Source: Elusimicrobiota bacterium
GTDB lineage: Bacteria > Elusimicrobiota > Endomicrobiia > Endomicrobiales > Endomicrobiaceae
Direction of reading: 5' to 3'
DNA length: 64,000 bases
NCBI GenBank assembly: GCA_031274365.1
Contig: JAISQF010000007.1
Span: 8,081 to 72,080, forward strand
The stretch's first letter is position 1, and the number at the start of each line of letters is the position of its first letter. Positions 15,948 to 23,399 of this stretch are shown here, in pieces. Below the pieces are notes generated by a model. The model saw nothing but the letters and a program-made list of their open reading frames with translations, was not told where the DNA came from and searched no databases. Both the position numbers and the translations under genes were made by a program.

Positions 15948-16002
15948 AATTCATATCTAATAAGTATGAATTGATTGTATATAAAATTCCCATCTTTGTC
16001 AA
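15948..16002 (-). promoter_or_regulatory. sigma70-like promoter plus AATTCATA-N9-TATGAATT operator upstream of the Fe-S/metY unit
   Basis: Minus strand TTGACA (16002-15997) - 17 nt - TACAAT (15979-15974); perfect 8-bp IR at 15948-15955/15965-15972; extra half-site 15940-15946. Confidence 0.6.
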
Positions 16003-16075
16003 TTATACATTAAATCTCTTGGCGTAATAGATTTTTCATTATAATAAATATGCGCGGCGTTCTCTTTACTTTTTT

Positions 16076-16912
16076 TTATTTTTTTGGCGAAATTGCAAAA
16101 ACTCTGCTCGTAAAACCTGTTCCGCCTTTGATATTAGGAAAAGTTACAAAAACTATCGCGCCTATTGGAGGAACCTTATCAAGATTTTTCAAAAGCTCGA
16201 CATTTAATTTTCCATTATCAAGAACATAATTTTCAGCTGGCATCGTATCGCCGCCAGTAATAGCGGAATCCGTATCCGGAGTCTCATGACCGATAACCGC
16301 CACTTTGCGCTCTTTTATAAGAAATTCTAAAGCTTCTACGCTCCAACCCGGATAATGAGGATTTCCGGCTTTATCTTTATTTTCATATTTCTCAGCGGAA
16401 CGTTTTGACCAATCGCTGCGAAAAGCCACAAAAGAATTTGCGGGAATTTCTCCGTATTTTGCTTCAAAATCCAAAACATCTTGTTTTGTCAATTGATAAT
16501 CGGCATTTTTAGCAACTTCTTTTGACTTATCAATAACTACAAGTTTATACGCTAAATCCTTAACACCGTAAGAATCTGCCAAACGTCCTTTCGGATCAAA
16601 ATGTCCCGGGAAATCCGTATGCGTTCCGTATTGTCCGGGCAATGTGTAAAGATATGCCAAAAATACGCCATCCGTTCCTTTAGGAGACTTCTTCGAACTT
16701 TCAAAAGTATATTTTTCCTCTACGACAAGCGCGTCAAAACCATACCAATGCGGAGTTTTTGGACTCAATTCAAAGCTAAGATCAACCCATTCGTAGTTTG
16801 ATTTTAAGTTATCAAGCTCATTCCATAAATCATTCTTTTTAGACTGTGCAAAAACATTTCCTACCGTTAAACTCACAAAAAACAGCACTGCTAATAAGAC
16901 TTTTTTCTTCAT
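16076..16912 (-). CDS. secreted cyclase-family protein (kynurenine formamidase/arylformamidase-like)
   Basis: 278 aa, signal peptide, HxGTHxDxPxH-type motif (YGTHTDFPGHF). Confidence 0.7.
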   Translation of the reverse strand: MKKKVLLAVLFFVSLTVGNVFAQSKKNDLWNELDNLKSNYEWVDLSFELSPKTPHWYGFDALVVEEKYTFESSKKSPKGTDGVFLAYLYTLPGQYGTHTDFPGHFDPKGRLADSYGVKDLAYKLVVIDKSKEVAKNADYQLTKQDVLDFEAKYGEIPANSFVAFRSDWSKRSAEKYENKDKAGNPHYPGWSVEALEFLIKERKVAVIGHETPDTDSAITGGDTMPAENYVLDNGKLNVELLKNLDKVPPIGAIVFVTFPNIKGGTGFTSRVFAISPKK

Positions 16913-16962
16913 TTTTTTCTCCTTAAACTATAATTTTATTTATAAAACAAGTATAATTCAAT

Positions 16963-17045
16963 CTATTCATACTATTCATACTATTCATACTATTCATACT
17001 TGTTAAATATGAATTAAGTGTATATAAAATTTATAGCTTTGTCAA
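16963..17045 (-). promoter_or_regulatory. paralogous promoter with the same operator plus a 9-bp x4 tandem repeat
   Basis: Minus strand TTGACA (17045-17040) - 17 nt - TACACT (17022-17017); AATTCATA-N9-TATGAATA; then GTATGAATA x4 (plus strand CTATTCATA x4, 16963-16998). Confidence 0.6.
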
Positions 17046-17401
17046 TACTGTGTTAAATCTTGCAAGTTCAATATGCTAATGCAACACTCTTGATTAAAAG
17101 AAGTCAAATCTGAAACAGGCGTTATAAGCACGGCGGAACATCTAAAATCTTAAGCGAATAGATGCATAGCGACCTGAAAACACAAACCATCATGAATAAT
17201 TTGGACATTGGGAAACTGACTTAATAGAGGGGCAAGGAGCGAGCTGACTATTGATTAGTGTGGAAAGATAAAAGTGATTAACTAAAATGCGTAAAGTGCA
17301 AAACAAGCATAGCGTCAAATTTGGATGTTTTTAATTATTCTATTGCAATAGCAATGTAAATGCGCCTATTTATAATATTTACTCATTATATTTCCCATCA
17401 T

Positions 17402-18133
17402 CTACAAATATTTTTGTAAATCATTTTTAATCAACGCAATGGCATTTTTGAGAATACTATCCGTTAACGGTTTGAAATGTTTATGTATCGGATTGTTTAT
17501 ATCTCTCTCTCCTTTTAAGAATGTAACGATATTTAAGTCAACATCGTTAAAATAACTCATTATTGCATGCGTTGAATGAGCACCAAATACAGTTTTGGGT
17601 AATTCTGAATAATCCCCGCCGAGCTGGCTTTCAAGTTGAAACAAATAGCAAGAAATATGCGGATATAAAGATTTTAGCAGATGAAAATCAACGAGTATTC
17701 TTTTAAGCATTGCATTTTCCGCATAGGCTTTACATTCTATACCCATAACAAATTTTCCATCGATGAAAATATGTTTGTCAACACTTAATCCATAAACGTA
17801 ATCTGCAATATGTTCTTTAATATATTTTTTCACTTTTTCATTTTTGATATTTTCAATATATGATTTTTGTATGGGAATTTTTATTTTATTTGAATTAATC
17901 CCAAGCCGCTCTTGTTTGCCTTTTAGATTAGTCCAAGCAAGTCTGATAATTGCTTCCGTTATTGTTTCTTGCAATTTACCTTTAACCATACGGACAACTC
18001 CGCCATACGCTCTATCAGTCTGTTCTTTGGCTTTATCGTCAACAACCCTCACAACAGTTTCGTAAGTTCGGATTATTTCTTCCACACTAATGTCGGTTTT
18101 GTATGGTCTTATCATTTCTGACACTGTAAACAT
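17402..18133 (-). CDS. putative type II restriction endonuclease (PD-(D/E)XK-like)
   Basis: 243-aa ORF 2 nt downstream of a DNA methyltransferase gene; candidate catalytic motif ..VDKH..GIECKAY..; family not recognised. Confidence 0.55.
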   Translation of the reverse strand: MFTVSEMIRPYKTDISVEEIIRTYETVVRVVDDKAKEQTDRAYGGVVRMVKGKLQETITEAIIRLAWTNLKGKQERLGINSNKIKIPIQKSYIENIKNEKVKKYIKEHIADYVYGLSVDKHIFIDGKFVMGIECKAYAENAMLKRILVDFHLLKSLYPHISCYLFQLESQLGGDYSELPKTVFGAHSTHAIMSYFNDVDLNIVTFLKGERDINNPIHKHFKPLTDSILKNAIALIKNDLQKYL

Positions 18134-18135
18134 TA

Positions 18136-19266
18136 TTACTCCTCGTCTGATTTTTGATTAAACAAAGTGTCGGCTTCCTTCAAACGTTCTTTAGCGGTTT
18201 TACAATATTTTTCATCAATATCTATTCCAATAAATTTTCTATCGAGTTCTTTGGCAACTTTTGTAGTTGTGCCAGCCCCGTTGAAAGGATCAAGGATAAT
18301 ATCATTTTTATATGAAAATAATTTTATCGCTCTCCTTGCTAATTCTTCCGGAAACATTGCGTCGTGTTTATACTGTTTCATTTTTCTTTCAGGTGCAATA
18401 GACCATTTCCCATAAACCCATTTTTTAAATTCTTCAGCTGAAATATCTATATTATATTTTTCTCCGTCTTTCTTTAATGAATTTTTACAAAAAATTTCAA
18501 TGAATTCCCAAGAATATTTTAAGTATGGCGAAGACGGACTTTGCCAACTTCCCCAAGTGCAGTATTTACAATTGTAATTATTTTTTTCCCATATAATTTC
18601 ACCTTTCCAAATAAGACCTTCTTTGAAAAAGAAATTAGATATGATGTGATGTGTTGGAATGTAGTCTGAAAACAAAGGCTGGATATTAACAATAAACCGC
18701 CCGCTGTCTTTGAGAATTCTAATACACTCTCTAAAAATTGCGAACAATTTTTCAAAATAATTTTCCCAAACATTAACATCATTGGTATTATTGTAGTTTA
18801 TCCCAAAATTATATGGCGGCGAAGTTAAAATCATATCTATACAATTATCTGGTAAAGTTTTCAAAAAATCCAAAGAGTTAGCGCAATGAATTTTATTGAC
18901 TAATTTTTCAGGAACTGTATTGTTAATGTTGGGGAAATTCTTTTTATAACACTCATAACCCAAACGTTTTTTTTTATTTGCGTCTTTATTAGCAACTTTT
19001 TTCGCTTTGTTAAAACTTTTATAAACTATTTTCCCATTAGCGCTTGAGAATGAGCGTATTTTATGCAATTCTTCAACAACGCGAAGTATCAATGGGTTTT
19101 TATCAAAAGTTTCTAAAAACCTCAAATCTACCGCATCAAAATTACAACGCAATACGTCCTCGTCAATAATCATCTCAACGCCGGAAGAACTCAATATCGG
19201 CAAAGAAACATTTATATCATTTTTTTTATAAGTATTTTTCAATTCAAGCGTTTTATACATTTCCAT
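18136..19266 (-). CDS. beta-class N4/N6 DNA methyltransferase (motif order IV then I)
   Basis: 376 aa; TSPPYNF (motif IV) precedes DPFNGAGTT (motif I); about 130-aa N-terminal extension of unknown function. Confidence 0.85.
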   Translation of the reverse strand: MEMYKTLELKNTYKKNDINVSLPILSSSGVEMIIDEDVLRCNFDAVDLRFLETFDKNPLILRVVEELHKIRSFSSANGKIVYKSFNKAKKVANKDANKKKRLGYECYKKNFPNINNTVPEKLVNKIHCANSLDFLKTLPDNCIDMILTSPPYNFGINYNNTNDVNVWENYFEKLFAIFRECIRILKDSGRFIVNIQPLFSDYIPTHHIISNFFFKEGLIWKGEIIWEKNNYNCKYCTWGSWQSPSSPYLKYSWEFIEIFCKNSLKKDGEKYNIDISAEEFKKWVYGKWSIAPERKMKQYKHDAMFPEELARRAIKLFSYKNDIILDPFNGAGTTTKVAKELDRKFIGIDIDEKYCKTAKERLKEADTLFNQKSDEE

Positions 19267-19425
19267 AATTTGCTCCTAAAATCTACGACTTAAAATGGCG
19301 CTTTAGTATGCCGGCAATACATCTTATATCACATAAAATATACAAAATATAATAATTATATTCCAACTTTTGATTATGCGGGAAAGCCTGACAAAAAAGG
19401 CTGACACGAAAGCAATTGCAAAATA

Positions 19426-20121
19426 TTAAATAAGTCCGTATTCTCTAAAACTAAAATATTGAGAGCCCGCTATAATAATATGATCTTGCAAAACAATATC
19501 TACGGTTATTAGAGCGTCTTTGACAGATTTCGTGGCTTCAATATCGTTTTGAGACGGTTTTAGAGTTCCTCCCGGATGATTGTGGGCAATGATAACTCCT
19601 ATAGCTTTATTTTTTAACGCCTCTTCGACTATTTTTCTCGGTTGAATAACCGCTCTGTTGACCGTTCCGGATTCAAGAATAACATTCTTTATCAATTTAT
19701 TGCCGGCATCAAGACTTAGCATACAAAGTTTTTCAACTTTTTCGCCGCTTAAAAGAGATGAAAAATAATCGCTTACAAGTTTTGGAGAATCCAAGAGACG
19801 TCTTTGTTGAATGTTTAGAAGTGAGTAAAGCGCGGAGAAATCTTTTAAGAATTTAATATATATTGCAGTGTGAATTGAAATTCCTTTCACACAACAGAGT
19901 TCTTCTATAGGGGCGTCAATTGCCTGCTTTAGCGTGCCGAATTTATCAATAAGATTTTTGGCTATACTTTTTGTATCTTGACGGGGCATAGCAAATATAA
20001 GAGCAAACTCCAATTTTTCATAATCGTTTGGAAAAGCGTCGTTAAAATTTAATTGTAAAAATTTTTCTTTTATACGTTTTCTATGTCCTAAATAATTCGG
20101 CTGTTGTTTTTGATCGTCCAT
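19426..20121 (-). CDS. radC: RadC-family JAB/MPN domain protein
   Basis: 231 aa; HhH region plus HNHPGG JAMM-like motif. Confidence 0.85.
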   Translation of the reverse strand: MDDQKQQPNYLGHRKRIKEKFLQLNFNDAFPNDYEKLEFALIFAMPRQDTKSIAKNLIDKFGTLKQAIDAPIEELCCVKGISIHTAIYIKFLKDFSALYSLLNIQQRRLLDSPKLVSDYFSSLLSGEKVEKLCMLSLDAGNKLIKNVILESGTVNRAVIQPRKIVEEALKNKAIGVIIAHNHPGGTLKPSQNDIEATKSVKDALITVDIVLQDHIIIAGSQYFSFREYGLI

Positions 20122-20144
20122 AGAAACCTCCCTGTCGGGCAGGA

Positions 20145-20555
20145 TTAAAAATCCGGCTTTCCCCTTAATTCCTTTTTTAGAGAATTTTTCTTTTTATTTT
20201 CAAGCATTTTTTCTTTGGCTCTTTTTGAACGTTTGCGTTTTTGTCTTTTTATCTTTTCTATCTTTTTTTGTCTATCCGATAAATCTCCCAAAACAATTTC
20301 TTGAATTTTTTGAGCAAGCAATTTTCTTGCCAAAAATCTGTTTATCGCCTGAGTTCTTTCACGCGAACATTTTATTTCAATGCCGCTTGGAATATGTTTT
20401 AGATAAACCGCTGTGGAAACTTTATTTACATTTTGTCCGCCCTTACCCGAAGAGCGTATAAATTTTTCTTCAATATCGCTCTCCTTTATGCCGAATTTTT
20501 CAAATGTTTCATAAAGTTTAATTTGTTTTAATTTGCTTATACCAAAATCAATCAT
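20145..20555 (-). CDS. arfB: alternative ribosome-rescue factor / peptidyl-tRNA hydrolase (class I RF domain)
   Basis: 136 aa, GGQ motif (SGKGGQNVNK), basic C-terminal tail. Confidence 0.85.
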   Translation of the reverse strand: MIDFGISKLKQIKLYETFEKFGIKESDIEEKFIRSSGKGGQNVNKVSTAVYLKHIPSGIEIKCSRERTQAINRFLARKLLAQKIQEIVLGDLSDRQKKIEKIKRQKRKRSKRAKEKMLENKKKNSLKKELRGKPDF

Positions 20556-20625
20556 AAATAAACCTCTGCATCGAGCCTGTTTTTTTACTCCAAGAATAAT
20601 AAATTGTGATTTTTATTTTATCTGA

Positions 20626-21171
20626 TTAGAAATATTTTTCGTTTTTTGAAAAAGACGGAAGTTTTAAGTCTTTGTCTGAAAGTATCGGATTTTTTGTATT
20701 CCAAGCGATGTTTAACGACGGATCGTTATAAATAATGCCGCTTTCATATTTTGGAGCATAGACCTGAGTGCACAAATACTCAAATTCAACAATATCTGAA
20801 AGAACTTCAAACCCGTGGGCAAAACCTTCCGGAACATAAAGCATATTAAAAACTTCTCTTTCAAGACATACGCCGACCCATTGCCCAAAAGTTTTTGAAT
20901 TTTTTCTTAAATCCACGGCTACGTCAAATATTTTTCCCGAAACAACTCTTACTATTTTCCCCTGCGCGTAAGGATTTAATTGAAAATGCAGTCCTCTTAA
21001 AACGCCCTTTGAAGATTTTGAAAAATTTATCTGCTTTATAGGCGCTATGCCCGCTTGAGAAAAAACATCTTCTTTATAAAGCTCTGCAAAAAATCCGCGC
21101 GAATCTTCAAATTTTTTCGCTTTTATAAGAATCACGTCGGGAATTTCTAATTTTTCAAATTCAAAAGGCAT
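20626..21171 (-). CDS. rfbC: dTDP-4-dehydrorhamnose 3,5-epimerase
   Basis: 181 aa; F.D.RG.F and RGLH cupin motifs of RmlC. Confidence 0.88.
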   Translation of the reverse strand: MPFEFEKLEIPDVILIKAKKFEDSRGFFAELYKEDVFSQAGIAPIKQINFSKSSKGVLRGLHFQLNPYAQGKIVRVVSGKIFDVAVDLRKNSKTFGQWVGVCLEREVFNMLYVPEGFAHGFEVLSDIVEFEYLCTQVYAPKYESGIIYNDPSLNIAWNTKNPILSDKDLKLPSFSKNEKYF

Positions 21172-21188
21172 TTTAATTTTCCTTTTTA

Positions 21189-21758
21189 CTAAAAATAAAA
21201 TCTAATTCCGGCATTAGGCAGCCAATCCGCATAAACTCCAAAAGAATTTCCCACATTTGAATTTGAATTGCTTAAAAATGCCAATCCGCATTCGGTTGAT
21301 ACGGCAAGATGATCCAAAACAAACCATTCTACTCCTAATCCCGCCCCAATTTTGAAAATGAATGCCGATGCGTCTTCATCGTTTGGATTATTGCTTGCAT
21401 CGCCAAAACCTCCAAAAAATGAGGCGTAAAGATTAAGAGTTTTATAATTTTTAACAATAGCGAGAAGTTTTCCGCCGACATAATATAAATCCGAATGTTT
21501 TCCGGAACTAAAAGCAAAAGTCCCTTCAATTCCGACATTATCGTCAAACCAAAAACGGGCGGCTAAAGCCGGCGCAGTATCTTGACCGTTAAAACCGCGA
21601 TAGGAAATGAAATTAAAACCCATTCCTATTTTACCAGCGAGATTTTGCGCGACGCTCTCAGTATAATCCACAACTTTAACGTTATTAGCCGCATAAAGAT
21701 GCGGAATTGAAGTAAAAAAAACTACAGAAAACAATATTATAAATATTATTTTTTTCAC
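21189..21758 (-). CDS. small outer-membrane beta-barrel protein
   Basis: 189 aa, signal peptide, alternating beta-strand pattern, C-terminal aromatic (..GIRFYF). Confidence 0.7.
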   Translation of the reverse strand: MKKIIFIILFSVVFFTSIPHLYAANNVKVVDYTESVAQNLAGKIGMGFNFISYRGFNGQDTAPALAARFWFDDNVGIEGTFAFSSGKHSDLYYVGGKLLAIVKNYKTLNLYASFFGGFGDASNNPNDEDASAFIFKIGAGLGVEWFVLDHLAVSTECGLAFLSNSNSNVGNSFGVYADWLPNAGIRFYF

Positions 21759-21782
21759 TAAAAAACCTCTCGCATTTTTATA

Positions 21783-22421
21783 TTATTGACCTATGGCTCC
21801 AAGCGTATTTTGCGCAACCTGAGCTTCTTCCGTAGCTGGAAATTTGCTCAATATTTCATTGCATACTCTCCTTACTTCTTCAACAGAACCTAAAAACGCA
21901 TAATATCTCGCAAGAGATATATAGATGCTTTTTGTAAGGAAATGATTAGGATAAGTCTTTACAAATTCCTCAGCCGCGTCTTTTGCATTTATAAATTCAT
22001 TTCTAACGTCGTAGAGATAAATAATTCTTGCAAGCGCCAACGGTCTAAGTTCCGCAGGTTTGGCTTCAGTTTTCGTATTGGATAAATATGTCAAAGCCTC
22101 GGCAAAATTCCCGATGTTCGTGTAATAATCTCCAAGAAACAATCTTGCTTGATATGCAGCCGAAGTTTTTGGATATTTTTCCACCACTTCGTTTAATAAA
22201 GCTAATCCTTGCGCGTCATTTCCCATAGCAAAACTTGTATAGGCTTCAGAAAGATTATCGGAAGCTATATCGTTAAACTTAGCGCTTCTCTGATTAAAAA
22301 ATATAAACAAAATAATCACCGCGACTATTACGACTGCCCCGACAATAATAACCGTCTTTTTATTGTCTTGAAAAAGTTTGTTAATCAATGATGTCTTTGA
22401 ATTAAATACTGTGTTGTCCAT
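21783..22421 (-). CDS. membrane-anchored TPR-like protein (YfgM/YbgF-like)
   Basis: 212 aa, single N-terminal TM helix followed by TPR-like helical repeats. Confidence 0.6.
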   Translation of the reverse strand: MDNTVFNSKTSLINKLFQDNKKTVIIVGAVVIVAVIILFIFFNQRSAKFNDIASDNLSEAYTSFAMGNDAQGLALLNEVVEKYPKTSAAYQARLFLGDYYTNIGNFAEALTYLSNTKTEAKPAELRPLALARIIYLYDVRNEFINAKDAAEEFVKTYPNHFLTKSIYISLARYYAFLGSVEEVRRVCNEILSKFPATEEAQVAQNTLGAIGQ

Positions 22422-22464
22422 TACTCATTTTCTCCTTTTTATTTATACCGTATTCTACGGTAAT

Positions 22465-23112
22465 TTATTCGTATTTGGAAATAATTTCCAATGAATGTTT
22501 CTGCATAATTTCAAAATATTCCGCAGGCAGACCGGCTTGCGATAGAGTTTTTATTATCAGCTCTTTACTCATTAGATTTTCCGGAGTATGCGTATCCGTA
22601 TCTAAAATAAGTTTCGATTTTGCTTCTAATGCCGTTGCGGCAACTTCTTTATTTGCAACGCTGTGATGCTTTCTCGTCGTAATTTCTATTTTTATATCTC
22701 TTGCAGCGGCAATCTCGGCAACTTCTCTGCTTAAAATTCCGGGATGAGCCAAAATATCTATATCCGCATTTACGGCATAAAAATTAGTTTCCGGCGGAAC
22801 GCTCTCCGCGACAGTCTGGCCATGAACAACTATAACTTTTGCGCCCAGCTCTCTGCATTGAGCGGCGGCGTCTTTTATAAGTTTTGGCGGAACATAAGTC
22901 AATTCTGCTCCGGGTAATACTTTAATATCATAAGACTGCGAAAGCATTTTTACAACTTTGACTATTCTTGGAATTACAAAATCCATATTGGAAAAATCAA
23001 TATGGTCGGTTATAGCCATCGCCGTATAGCCTTTTTGTTTTGCCGTATAAACAAGTTCAGACGGAATTAAAATCCCGTCTGAAAAAAAAGTGTGCGTATG
23101 TAAATCTATCAT
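22465..23112 (-). CDS. PHP-domain metal-dependent phosphoesterase (histidinol-phosphatase-like)
   Basis: 215 aa; MIDLHTHTFFSDG PHP motif I. Confidence 0.8.
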   Translation of the reverse strand: MIDLHTHTFFSDGILIPSELVYTAKQKGYTAMAITDHIDFSNMDFVIPRIVKVVKMLSQSYDIKVLPGAELTYVPPKLIKDAAAQCRELGAKVIVVHGQTVAESVPPETNFYAVNADIDILAHPGILSREVAEIAAARDIKIEITTRKHHSVANKEVAATALEAKSKLILDTDTHTPENLMSKELIIKTLSQAGLPAEYFEIMQKHSLEIISKYE

Positions 23113-23399
23113 TTCTATTTTCTCTTTTCTCTTTTCATAAAAAATCTATGAATTTGCAAACTCAATAACCGCTTTCAGATTTTTTACCTAATTACAAAAG
23201 ATTATATAATAAGAAATATTTTTAGTCAATTTCTTATATTGCAAATTATAACTCGCCGCTCATAACAATATAATATAGTTATTGTGTTTAACACACTATT
23301 TTTATAAGATATATCCGTCTTTCAAAAAATGAAATAAAGTTTCACCAATATAATAAACAGTAGCAATAGTAGTAATAAAAATTTTTGAGAGGTGGCGTT

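Noticed and set aside
23385-23399. TTG start (MRGGV..) for the nucleotidyltransferase fusion
   Set aside because: These codons are the GAGAGGTGG ribosome-binding site for the ATG at 23400. The protein family normally begins M-x-A-V-I-(L/M)-A-G-G.
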